From Deferribacterales bacterium (lineage in GTDB: Bacteria > Chrysiogenota > Deferribacteres > Deferribacterales > Geovibrionaceae): 58,351 nucleotides of DNA. The notes under the pieces are model-generated. The model did not search any database, was not told the origin of the DNA, and saw nothing but the letters and a program-made list of their open reading frames with translations. A program made the translations under genes and the position numbers. Positions 10,229 to 19,007 of this stretch are shown piece after piece; the stretch's first letter is position 1; each line of letters begins with the position of its first letter. Where the stretch lies: the NCBI GenBank assembly GCA_050253335.1, contig JBFWJG010000008.1, positions 1 to 58,351 of the forward strand, given 5' to 3'.

Positions 10229-11977
10229 ATGATGACAGCTATTTGGAGCAGGCTTTGGGACTGGCACGACGAGACAAAGGCACTCGTGCTTTATAGTCCC
10301 AAAGCATTACTCAAGAAATTCCACAACCAGCACTTCTCATCCGCTGATGAGAGAGAGGAAAGAAGCATCGACCTCGCAGACGAGATGGAGGAAGCGCCCG
10401 CTGAACATGTGCGCAGACTTCAGACAGGCCCTGACGGTGTGAAAGAGGACGAACCCCGCGAGTACACCAAACGTCAGCTTATAGGTCTGATTCTCGGGCC
10501 TATTCTTTTTGTTCTCATGCTTATAGTTCCCACACCCGCAGGCATGGAGCCGACAGCACAGAAAATGGCTGCGGTTGCTTTCCTTATGGCCACATGGTGG
10601 ATGTGTGAGTCTATCCCGATTCCCGCCACAAGTCTTCTTCCCATACCCCTTTTCCCCGTGCTGGGCATTATGCCCACAGGAAAAGCAACAGCACCCTACG
10701 CCAGTGACCTTATCTTCCTTTTCATGGGCGGGTTTATAATCGCCCTTGCAATGCAGAGATGGAACCTCCACCGCAGAATTGCCATGAACATCGTGAAGGC
10801 GGTCGGCTTTTCGCCCAGCAGACTTATTTTCGGCTTCATGGCGGCAACCGCAGTTCTTTCCGCTTTTGTTTCCAACACCGCCACAGCGGTTATGATGATG
10901 CCTATCGGCCTTGCCATAATTTATCACGTTGTCGAGGAAGGAAAAAAAGAAGGTCTCGACAAGGTCATAGATTTCTCGCCCGAGAAGTTTGCCTTCGGCC
11001 TTAACCTCATGCTGGGTATAGCTTACGCCGCGTCAATCGGCGGCATCGCTACTCTTATAGGAACTCCGCCCAATACTGTTCTTGCCGGATATATGTCAAA
11101 AACATTCGGCTATGAAATAACTTTCGCAAAATGGCTTTATGTCGGTGTGCCCCTTGTTCTGGTCACGCTTCCCCTCTGCTGGCTCTGGCTTATAAAAATT
11201 GCGAACCCCATGAAGCTCAAAAAAGTTCCCGGGGGCAAAGAGCTTATCGATTCTGAACTGAAGAAGATGGGCAAAATGAGCACCGGCGAGCGCTGGACAC
11301 TCCTTGTATTTGCTCTCACTGCTCTTGCATGGATTTTCAGAACCAAGCTCGCGTTTCTTTTCCCCGATCCCAAGATGGTTACGGATGCGGCGATCGGCAT
11401 GATCGGCGGTCTTATTCTTTTCGTTATCCCCATCAATATGAAAAGAAACGAATTTGTTATGGACTGGCACTGGGCCTCAAAAATGCCCTGGGGCGTTCTT
11501 ATCCTTTTCGGCGGCGGTCTTTCTCTTTCCGCAGGGTTTAAGGTTACAAAGCTTGCTGACTGGATAGGCGGTCAGGTAGGGCTTCTTGAACACGCGCCCA
11601 TATTTGTATTGATCATCGCAGTCACAACACTTATCATATTCCTTACGGAACTCACCTCCAACACGGCTACAGCGGCTATGGTTATGCCTATTCTCGCGGC
11701 TGTTGCGGTAGGCTTGGGGCAGAACCCGCTTCTGCTCACTGTTCCCGCGGCGATTGCAGCTTCATGCGCATTCATGCTGCCTGTGGCTACGCCGCCGAAC
11801 GCAATAGTTTTCGGCTCGGGGTATGTCACCATACCGCAGATGGTTAAGAGCGGCTTCGGGCTTAATATCCTCGGCATAATTATCACTGTCGCGGTTACTT
11901 ATCTGATAGTTGTTCCCGTCTTCGGCGTGGAGTTCGGTGTTGTTCCTGAGTGGGCAAAAGTTATTACCGGTAAATAA
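10229..11977 (+). CDS. SLC13/DASS family Na+:dicarboxylate (anion) symporter, paralog 2
   Basis: Collinear and highly similar to paralog 1 with the same motifs; ATG 10229 after AGGAG. Confidence 0.93.
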   Translation: MMTAIWSRLWDWHDETKALVLYSPKALLKKFHNQHFSSADEREERSIDLADEMEEAPAEHVRRLQTGPDGVKEDEPREYTKRQLIGLILGPILFVLMLIVPTPAGMEPTAQKMAAVAFLMATWWMCESIPIPATSLLPIPLFPVLGIMPTGKATAPYASDLIFLFMGGFIIALAMQRWNLHRRIAMNIVKAVGFSPSRLIFGFMAATAVLSAFVSNTATAVMMMPIGLAIIYHVVEEGKKEGLDKVIDFSPEKFAFGLNLMLGIAYAASIGGIATLIGTPPNTVLAGYMSKTFGYEITFAKWLYVGVPLVLVTLPLCWLWLIKIANPMKLKKVPGGKELIDSELKKMGKMSTGERWTLLVFALTALAWIFRTKLAFLFPDPKMVTDAAIGMIGGLILFVIPINMKRNEFVMDWHWASKMPWGVLILFGGGLSLSAGFKVTKLADWIGGQVGLLEHAPIFVLIIAVTTLIIFLTELTSNTATAAMVMPILAAVAVGLGQNPLLLTVPAAIAASCAFMLPVATPPNAIVFGSGYVTIPQMVKSGFGLNILGIIITVAVTYLIVVPVFGVEFGVVPEWAKVITGK

Positions 11978-12024
11978 TTAAGTGCGCAACGCCGGAAGTT
12001 TATTCATCCGGTTTTGACCTCTAT

Positions 12025-12061
12025 AAAAAAAGGGCACCCTGAAGGGAGGGTGCCCTTTTTT
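12025..12061. terminator. Bidirectional Rho-independent terminator
   Basis: A7-GGGCACCCT-GAAGGG-AGGGTGCCC-T6. Confidence 0.85.
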
Positions 12062-12202
12062 AATGTGATTAAAGCGGGCAATGGGGTTTGTGAAAAGAGC
12101 AAACGCTCAGATCCGAACTTTGTGATGAAAATTTAAAATTAGCTTGTAAAAGAAAAACCTGACAATTTTGTTTCTATATTCAGGTATAAAGTCTTTATAA
12201 GC

Positions 12203-14212
12203 TTACGAAGACATATTCAAAGATTGAGCAAGGCTATTGACTCCTTGTTTAATTTTGTCTAAAGCTGATTGAATTAGAACAATTTCCTCCTCTGTAGGGA
12301 TGGATGCATGAGCATCAAAACGTCCTTGGTTATTTATAACATCCATAGCATTTATGAACAATTCTTGAGGTTTAAAATAATCAGTAAAAGCATCCCAATC
12401 ACTCAAGATCAGTGTTTTAAGACCTTTGAAGTAAATATTTGTTTTTCTTGAATCAAATAGTTCATCGTAAGTACAATCATTATCTTTTAGATTTAGCTTA
12501 TTTTGTACATGTTCTTTTGCTGTATGTATTTTTCCAAGCCTAATCTTTAACACTGTTTTGACCATCAAGCGTAAACGAATTTCCAAGTTTCCTCTTTCTG
12601 TGCAAAGGTACGTCCATTTTTCCTCTTTAGTTTTCAAGAATGGACGTTTAGATTTTTTTAACATATATTCTTTGATTGCATCAATCTTAAAATCATATTT
12701 ATTATCAACGCACTTTATTATTCCATACCCAATGAGATGTGCAATATAAGATTTATCTTCGTTAGCATAAAATTCAAAAGTTTCTGTATCACCATTTGCG
12801 AGTAATTCCAGCATTTCGTACTCATATTTATAAAATTGGATTAATACTTCAAGCAACATATCAAAATAACTAGTTTCATGATTAAATTCATCTTTGACTT
12901 GGTTGTACTTTAATCTATCAATTATTACAGGGCGTTCTTTAAACTTATGAGCAAGAGCACTACCGATTCGCCTTATCAAAAAAGGATGCCCTCCATAGTC
13001 TTCTGTAAGCTTAGAATATATTGTATCTTCAAAATTCATACCCATAGTTTTGCCAAGTTTTCTTACCATTTCTCGTGTTTGCTTTGCATCAAAACCGGGA
13101 ATATACTTAGGTCTAAAAATATTAAATATTGGATTATCTTTTCCTTTAATGGTTGCAATTTCAACACATCTAGGATTGGTTCCCAGAATACAAAAGCTAA
13201 AAACATTATCTGTACGCTGAAAAACACTACGAATTGTTTGCCAAAAGTATATAAAGTCTAGTCCATCACACCAATGGATAGAACTTGACTTATCAAAAGT
13301 AATATTTTCTATTTCATCAAAAAGTAAAAGAATGCTTTTGCCAATTCTTTTATGAAAATCAATTAAATATTTCTCAAATATTTGTGATGCGTTAGTTTCA
13401 GTAAACTCCGATTCTTTGATAGCTTCAATATTGAAATTAATTTTTTTTGCTACTTGTTGAATAACATAGCATAGAGCATGATTCCAAGTCTTCATATTAA
13501 ATGAAGTATCTTGGCAGTCAATAAATATCCCAATACCATCTTTTTGGGGAAGCTTTCTAACAACGTCATAAATAAGTGATGTTTTACCAGTTTTTCTCAA
13601 TCCAAAAATTCCAGAATTCAATTGAGACTTATGTTTCTCAATTATTTCCATTACTAAATCAGTTCTACCGAAAAAGTAATAATCTTTTTTAAGTGGATCA
13701 GAGTAATCAAATAAATCTCTTGAGTAAAAAAAATCTCGAAATCTATTTCTCAAAAAATGGTTATCACTTTTATTTTCTTGAAACTCATAATAATAAAACG
13801 GGATAATAATTTGAGCTTCTTGATTTGATGACAAATTTTTTAGTGAGTGAATGATATTGTTATCTTTGCTAACTAATACATAACATATTTTTTCAACTCT
13901 TGACTCCTGAAATAACTTTTGTACTTTATCATATGCGTCCAAAGAACGAGCTTCAAATTGTTTATAGGGAGTAAAAATTACGATAACTTCTTTGGCTAAA
14001 CTAAAAGCCTCCTCATAATTTTGTGTTGGTTTTATTAAAAGATATTTATATGAACTTTTAGGGCTAACTTGAGAAACACCAGCATTTGTTACGTACCATT
14101 CTCTGCTGAAATAGTTAGCTATATATTGTTCATCATTGTCAAATGAGTATTCTATTTCTCTTCTTGCTTCCTGATGGAAACCTGGTCTTACATTTTCATT
14201 CATAACCAACAT
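12203..14212 (-). CDS. STAND/AAA-like P-loop ATPase with putative C-terminal Swt1-like HEPN domain (candidate defence protein)
   Basis: 669 aa; FFGR, Walker A GLRKTGKTS, Walker B LLLFDEIE, GGHPFL; C-terminal ERGNLEIRLR...IYFKGL...W..F...F...INNQGRFDAH; low GC. Confidence 0.75.
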   Translation of the reverse strand: MLVMNENVRPGFHQEARREIEYSFDNDEQYIANYFSREWYVTNAGVSQVSPKSSYKYLLIKPTQNYEEAFSLAKEVIVIFTPYKQFEARSLDAYDKVQKLFQESRVEKICYVLVSKDNNIIHSLKNLSSNQEAQIIIPFYYYEFQENKSDNHFLRNRFRDFFYSRDLFDYSDPLKKDYYFFGRTDLVMEIIEKHKSQLNSGIFGLRKTGKTSLIYDVVRKLPQKDGIGIFIDCQDTSFNMKTWNHALCYVIQQVAKKINFNIEAIKESEFTETNASQIFEKYLIDFHKRIGKSILLLFDEIENITFDKSSSIHWCDGLDFIYFWQTIRSVFQRTDNVFSFCILGTNPRCVEIATIKGKDNPIFNIFRPKYIPGFDAKQTREMVRKLGKTMGMNFEDTIYSKLTEDYGGHPFLIRRIGSALAHKFKERPVIIDRLKYNQVKDEFNHETSYFDMLLEVLIQFYKYEYEMLELLANGDTETFEFYANEDKSYIAHLIGYGIIKCVDNKYDFKIDAIKEYMLKKSKRPFLKTKEEKWTYLCTERGNLEIRLRLMVKTVLKIRLGKIHTAKEHVQNKLNLKDNDCTYDELFDSRKTNIYFKGLKTLILSDWDAFTDYFKPQELFINAMDVINNQGRFDAHASIPTEEEIVLIQSALDKIKQGVNSLAQSLNMSS

Positions 14213-14374
14213 CCACTATTTTTTAAAGTAGCATATTTAACTTTTCTATCAGAAATTAAGTTCACATCGTGAAATATATTATTCGCATTGGTTACATATG
14301 TCAATATCAATGTACACTCTCTTTGCTAAATCAAAATCCATTGGCACCTGATACGTTGCAATATGCATTTATAT

Positions 14375-14581
14375 ATGATAGTCAGCTTTAAACATAAAGG
14401 ACTGGAAAAATATTACAGCACAGGCAGCAAGTCAGGGATTACTACCCAACATGAAAAAAGGCTGAGAGCTATTCTTGTCAGATTAGATTTTGCAATATAG
14501 GCAGAAGAGGTGAACCTGACGGGGCTGGTTCTGAATAAATTATCAGGGAATTCTGAAAGAAGGGTGCCCTTTTTTATTTAA
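14375..14581 (+). pseudogene. higB: HigB/RelE-like plasmid-maintenance killer toxin pseudogene
   Basis: Manual translation MIVSFKHKGLEKYYSTGSKSGITTQHEKRLRAILVRLDFAI*AEEVNLTGLVLNKLSGN...; internal TAG at 14498-14500; C-terminal third replaced by terminator-derived sequence. Confidence 0.8.
14545..14576 (+). repeat. Degenerate direct copy of the 12031-12062 terminator
   Basis: AGGGTGCCCTTTTTTA is identical at 12047-12062 and 14561-14576; 27/32 match over 12031-12062 vs 14545-14576. Confidence 0.7.
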
Positions 14582-14604
14582 TATACTGCCTGCCTTTTCG
14601 GTAT

Positions 14605-15003
14605 TTACGGCAGTTTTTCATATTTTTTTACCTTTTCCAGTTCATTATCCCAGTTCGCCTTGTGGGAATAAAAAATATGTCCCTGAGGGCTTATGGGCAC
14701 ATCCGTATCAAGGCTGCCCGCAGGAACGCAGAGCAGGGTTCCTTTCATCTGGAGATTCGGCAGTGCAGAGCCGCATTCGGGGCAGAAGCTTTTTATATGC
14801 CCGTCTGATTCATGGTCGTATGTTCTCACTGTGTCGGCTCCGGAAAGCCAGATAAGCTTCGCCTTGGCTGAAAAAAGGTTAGCCGCGTGTGCTGAGCCCG
14901 TGTCCTTGCGGCAGTATTCACAATGACAGAGATAAAAGCCTTCAAAGTGTCCTTCTATTTCAAATTTTACGCTTCCGCATAAACACGAACCGGAATGTTT
15001 CAT
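14605..15003 (-). CDS. GFA family (glutathione-dependent formaldehyde-activating / CENP-V) zinc protein
   Basis: GSCLCG, CHCEYCRK and FCPECGS Cys motifs. Confidence 0.92.
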   Translation of the reverse strand: MKHSGSCLCGSVKFEIEGHFEGFYLCHCEYCRKDTGSAHAANLFSAKAKLIWLSGADTVRTYDHESDGHIKSFCPECGSALPNLQMKGTLLCVPAGSLDTDVPISPQGHIFYSHKANWDNELEKVKKYEKLP

Positions 15004-15161
15004 ACTGTTTCTCCGTAATTTTTAAATATAATGCGCAGATTTTCAAATTCTATCATAAATTTAATGTATATAATATTTGATTTTGCATTATTTATGAAAG
15101 AAACAGTTTGGCATCTGCGGAAAAATATACATGAAAGAGGGAGGTTTTTTGATGGGGTTTA

Positions 15162-15234
15162 AGCGGGCGACGGGGCTCGAACCCGCCACCTACAGCTTGG
15201 GAAGCTGTCGCTCTACCTGATGAGCTACGCCCGC
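15162..15234 (-). tRNA. tRNA-Gly (anticodon CCC), CCA not encoded
   Basis: GCGGGCGTAGCTCATCAGGTAGAGCGACAGCTTCCCAAGCTGTAGGTGGCGGGTTCGAGCCCCGTCGCCCGCT folds as a cloverleaf with 7-bp acceptor stem, TTCG T-loop and U73 discriminator. Confidence 0.96.
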
Positions 15235-15402
15235 ATGTATTATTGATCTTTATACCTTATTTCAGAAAAAATCATCACAAAATTAAATAATTTTCAGAGA
15301 ATATGAAATGATTTGCAAGCGAAGCGCGGCAGTGATATAAGCGGATATGAAAACTTACAAAATCAGTCTCATTCTGCCTTCCGGCGAAATTTCCTTAAAA
15401 AT

Positions 15403-16275
15403 ATGAAACAGGCATTCATAGCACTCCATCTTTCCATATTCATAGCGGGTTTCACGGGGCTTTTCGGCCGTCTGATCACTCTGGATGCGGGTGCGCTGGT
15501 GTGGTGGCGTGTGTTTGTCGCCGCCCTTTGCTTCTGGCTTATACTGAAATTCAGCGGGAAATTCCGCCTCTACACCATGCAGGAGATAATGCAGTCGGCA
15601 ATTGTTGGCGCTGTGCTGTGCCTGCACTGGATTTTGTTTTACGGAAGCATAAAGGCATCAAACGTGAGCGTCGGCGTGGTCTGCTTTTCTCTGACAGGGT
15701 TCTTCACCGCCCTTCTGGAGCCCCTTATGCTCCGAATCCGTTTCAATTTCAAGGAGCTTTTCTACGGCTTTTTTTCCGTGGCGGGCATACTGCTTATATT
15801 CCATTTTGACAGCCGCTACAGGCTCGGCATAGGGCTCGGCATAGTCTCTTCCCTTGCGTGCGCGCTGGCGATTACCATGAACAAGCTTGTTATCCCCAAG
15901 TTTTCGTATATTCCCCTGCTCACCTTTTATGAGATAGCAGGAGGGCTTATTTTCCTTTCCGCCCTTGCTCCAGTGTATCTTTATTTCTCCGGTGCGGAAG
16001 CGGTGATTCCCGATGCGCGGAACCTGTTTTTTATTATCATCCTTGCAGTTTTCTGCACAATAGGGCTTCAGCTTCTGCAGATTTATGCCCTCAAGAGGAT
16101 CTCGGCTTTCACCGTGAATCTGTCATATAACCTTGAACCTATCTACACTATTATCCTCGCGGCAGTGATTTTCAGGGAGATGAGCGAGGTCAACGCCTCA
16201 TTCTTCGCGGGTCTGGGGATGATTATCCTTTCTGTTCTGCTCCAGATGCGGGATGTGGTGCGGAAGGCGAAATAA
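15403..16275 (+). CDS. DMT/EamA family transporter
   Basis: About 10 TM helices in two repeats, LHW.LFYGSIK and NLEPIY motifs; ATG 15403 is the likely start. Confidence 0.88.
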   Translation: MKQAFIALHLSIFIAGFTGLFGRLITLDAGALVWWRVFVAALCFWLILKFSGKFRLYTMQEIMQSAIVGAVLCLHWILFYGSIKASNVSVGVVCFSLTGFFTALLEPLMLRIRFNFKELFYGFFSVAGILLIFHFDSRYRLGIGLGIVSSLACALAITMNKLVIPKFSYIPLLTFYEIAGGLIFLSALAPVYLYFSGAEAVIPDARNLFFIIILAVFCTIGLQLLQIYALKRISAFTVNLSYNLEPIYTIILAAVIFREMSEVNASFFAGLGMIILSVLLQMRDVVRKAK

Positions 16276-16311
16276 ACGGAAGGCGGGTCAGCCTGCCGCC
16301 CGTAATTGTCA

Positions 16312-17394
16312 TTAATGTATAAAAGGAACGCTGAGCCTTGAAAGGGCGATGGTTTTCATAATTACATAAATCTCCATCCCTGTCCTTATGCCGAGTTCCG
16401 AAACCGCGGAGCGTGTTACGGTGGCGTAGACCGGAAGTCCGACATCCACAGTGACCGCAACCGCACCGTCATCACTCCTGTCCATGGCTGTTACAGTGCC
16501 TTTCATTATGTTTCTGGCGCTTAATCCTGTGGGCTTGGTTAATGCAAGGGTCACATCATCGGAATGCACAGCGACACGAAGCTCCGTTCCTGTTGCGTGT
16601 TTTGAAGTGGGGATGCCCAGTTTTCCGTTCTCGAACGTGATGATTGAGGGCTCACTTTCCGAAACGGCATAAGCCCGCAGAACACTCACCCGTCCGCTGA
16701 GGCTGAGTATCTCCCTGTTTGCCGGACGTGACACAACATCCTCCACAGAGCCCGAATCAGTACATTTTCCGTTATTCATCAGCACCACATTATCGCACAG
16801 GCTGAAAAGCTCATCTATAGAATGGGTCACATAAAGCACGGGAAGCTTGAAGGTCTGCACCATTTTGCCGATGAATGGGATAAGCTCCTCCTTTCTGTTG
16901 GAATCAAGGGCGGAAAGCGGTTCGTCCATAAGGAGAAAATCGGGCGAGGAGAGCAGGGCACGCCCGATAGCCGCCCTTTGCTTTTCACCGCCGGAGAGCC
17001 TGTGCGGTCTGCGTTTCAGCAGTCCGCCTATCCCAAGAAGCTCCACAACATCATCAAACTTCGCCTTGTGTCCGTTCTCTGCGCTTCTCTTCATTCCGTA
17101 GCGGAGGTTGGCCTCCACTGTCATATGAGGGAAAAGTCTGCCGTCCTGAAAGATGTAGCCTGAATTGCGGGATGGCGCAGGGAGGTTGATTTTATTTCTG
17201 CTGTCATAAAGAACTTTACCGCCGACGGAAACATATCCCTCATCAGGTTTAACAAGCCCCGCGGCTATATTGATTATGCTGGTTTTGCCGGAGCCTGAGC
17301 GCCCGAAGAGTCCCGTCACCATTCCTTCCGTTGTTTTGAATGAAACATCCAGAGTGAAAGCCGGATAGCGTTTTAATGCTCTGAATTCAAGCAT
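16312..17394 (-). CDS. modC: Molybdate ABC transporter ATP-binding protein
   Basis: GRSGSGKT, LSGGEKQR, LLMDEP, C-terminal TOBE domain. Confidence 0.95.
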   Translation of the reverse strand: MLEFRALKRYPAFTLDVSFKTTEGMVTGLFGRSGSGKTSIINIAAGLVKPDEGYVSVGGKVLYDSRNKINLPAPSRNSGYIFQDGRLFPHMTVEANLRYGMKRSAENGHKAKFDDVVELLGIGGLLKRRPHRLSGGEKQRAAIGRALLSSPDFLLMDEPLSALDSNRKEELIPFIGKMVQTFKLPVLYVTHSIDELFSLCDNVVLMNNGKCTDSGSVEDVVSRPANREILSLSGRVSVLRAYAVSESEPSIITFENGKLGIPTSKHATGTELRVAVHSDDVTLALTKPTGLSARNIMKGTVTAMDRSDDGAVAVTVDVGLPVYATVTRSAVSELGIRTGMEIYVIMKTIALSRLSVPFIH

Positions 17395-18091
17395 TGGCTG
17401 CTCCCCTGAGTTTAAGCGCGGCTCTTCTGGAGAGGTATTCGGACGCGGCTATGGCGGCTACGGAAAGCCCGATTGAGATAATGCAGAGCCGGAGCGCCGC
17501 CGCCTCGGTTCCCGGAGTCTGGGTAAGGTTATACAGCGCCACGGGGAGGGTTCTTGTCTCCCCGGGGATATTGGAAACGAAGGTTATAGTGGCTCCGAAC
17601 TCACCTAAGCTTCTGGCGAATGCGAGGACTGTTCCCGTTATAATACCCGGAACAGAAAGGGGAAGGGTGACCGTGAAGAATACCCGCCATCTTTTTGCGC
17701 CGAGTGTTTTTGCCGCCTCCTCAAGCCCTCTGTCTATGCCCTCTATGGAAAGGCGCACACTGCGCACAAGAAGGGGCATGGACATAACAACAGAGGCAAC
17801 GACCGCACCCCTCCATGAGAAGGCTATGCCCGCACCGAAGACGCTGTTCAGCAGCTTGCCGACGGGAGCATTGTCATTAAAAGTTATGAGAAGCAGGTAG
17901 CCAGTCACAACGGGGGGGATAACGAGGGGTACATGGATCAGCCCGTCCAGAAGCAGCTTGCCCGGAAAGTTCTTGCGGGCAAGAACATAAGCGGCGGCAA
18001 TGCCGGGGATAAGCCCGGCAAGCACCGCCCAGAGAGAAATTTTCATACTGAGAGAAATCGCCTCAATCTCTATCGGCGAGAGGTTAAACAT
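17387..18091 (-). CDS. modB: Molybdate ABC transporter permease
   Basis: PLVIPPVVTGY, EEAAKTLGA, FARSLGEFGATI. Confidence 0.96.
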   Translation of the reverse strand: MFNLSPIEIEAISLSMKISLWAVLAGLIPGIAAAYVLARKNFPGKLLLDGLIHVPLVIPPVVTGYLLLITFNDNAPVGKLLNSVFGAGIAFSWRGAVVASVVMSMPLLVRSVRLSIEGIDRGLEEAAKTLGAKRWRVFFTVTLPLSVPGIITGTVLAFARSLGEFGATITFVSNIPGETRTLPVALYNLTQTPGTEAAALRLCIISIGLSVAAIAASEYLSRRAALKLRGAANA

Positions 18092-18093
18092 GC

Positions 18094-18843
18094 TTACTTC
18101 ACCACAATAAATCCGTATTTCAGAAAAACTTCAGAAGCATAATCTGTTTTAAGGAAATTGTAAAACGCTTCTGTTTCGGGGGTGCGTTTTCCTTTTACTA
18201 TGCCCATAGGGTATATGATTTTCCCTGTGAGAGAATCATCCACCAGTGAAATAACCTTTACCTTACTGCTGACTGCGGCATCGGAGAAGTAGACAAAGCC
18301 GTAAGGAACAGCGCGTTCGACCATGGCGAGGGTGGCTCTCACATCCTGCATTCTGGCGGCCTGAGCTTCGATATCTTTCCATATTCCGAGGCCTTCAAGC
18401 GCCTTCTGGGTGTATTTTCCTGCGGGGACATGCTCAGGGTCGCCCATTGCGAATCTTCCGCTGCCGATGAGTTTTTTCACTGCGGCTCCGTCAAGATTTG
18501 ATATCTTCTCTGTTTTTGAGGAGACAGGGGCGATAAATGCGAGCTTGTTCGCGAGGTAGGGAATGTTTGTCCCTGCCTCTATTTTGCCTTTTTCAAGCAG
18601 ATAATCCATCCAGCTCATGTTCGCGGAGATAAAAATGTCCGCGGGAGCGCCGTTTTCGATCTGTTTCGCAAGGGGGCCGGAGGATGCGTAGGAGGCGATT
18701 ACATTAACGCCCTTTTCCTTTTTGTAAGCGGCGATAATTTCTTCCATAGCGTTTGTTACGGAAGCCGCGCCGAAGACAGTGACATCTTTAGCGAAGGCTG
18801 AAACACTGATAAATAAACATAATACAATAATAAGCGTTCTCAT
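18094..18843 (-). CDS. modA: Molybdate ABC transporter substrate-binding protein
   Basis: Signal peptide, AASV, SSGPLAKQIENGAPADIFISA, HVPAGKY; start ATG 18843 after AGAGG. Confidence 0.95.
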   Translation of the reverse strand: MRTLIIVLCLFISVSAFAKDVTVFGAASVTNAMEEIIAAYKKEKGVNVIASYASSGPLAKQIENGAPADIFISANMSWMDYLLEKGKIEAGTNIPYLANKLAFIAPVSSKTEKISNLDGAAVKKLIGSGRFAMGDPEHVPAGKYTQKALEGLGIWKDIEAQAARMQDVRATLAMVERAVPYGFVYFSDAAVSSKVKVISLVDDSLTGKIIYPMGIVKGKRTPETEAFYNFLKTDYASEVFLKYGFIVVK

Positions 18844-18862
18844 AAGCTTTACCTCTTTGGAG

Positions 18863-18889
18863 TCGTTATGTAGGAATGTATATAGCGAT
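18863..18889. promoter_or_regulatory. ModE binding site upstream of modA
   Basis: TCGTTATGTA-GGAATG-TATATAGCGAT matches the ModE consensus ATCGNTATATA-N6-TATATANCGAT, 20 nt before modA. Confidence 0.8.
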
Positions 18890-19007
18890 TCGCGGTTCAA
18901 GTCAATGTTTTTGATTTGCCTGGCTTATAGCCAGTGTAAAAAAATGTAATGGGTATTGAAAATATTAAAACATATGTGCATAGTTATAGTTTCGCATAGG
19001 TGATTGA

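Larger units (their letters stand above)
12072..15179. mobile_element. Degenerate genomic island remnant integrated at the tRNA-Gly 3' end
   Basis: 12072-12090 AAGCGGGCAATGGGGTTTG is a 15/19 direct repeat of the tRNA 3' end at 15161-15179 (AAGCGGGCGACGGGGCTCG); interior is AT-rich (18/60 GC in line 13381); carries a toxin pseudogene; no integrase remains. Confidence 0.65.

Noticed and set aside
14342..14360. Sigma-54 promoter TGGCAC...TTGCA before the higB relic
   Set aside because: GG-to-GC spacing is 13 nt, not the required 10
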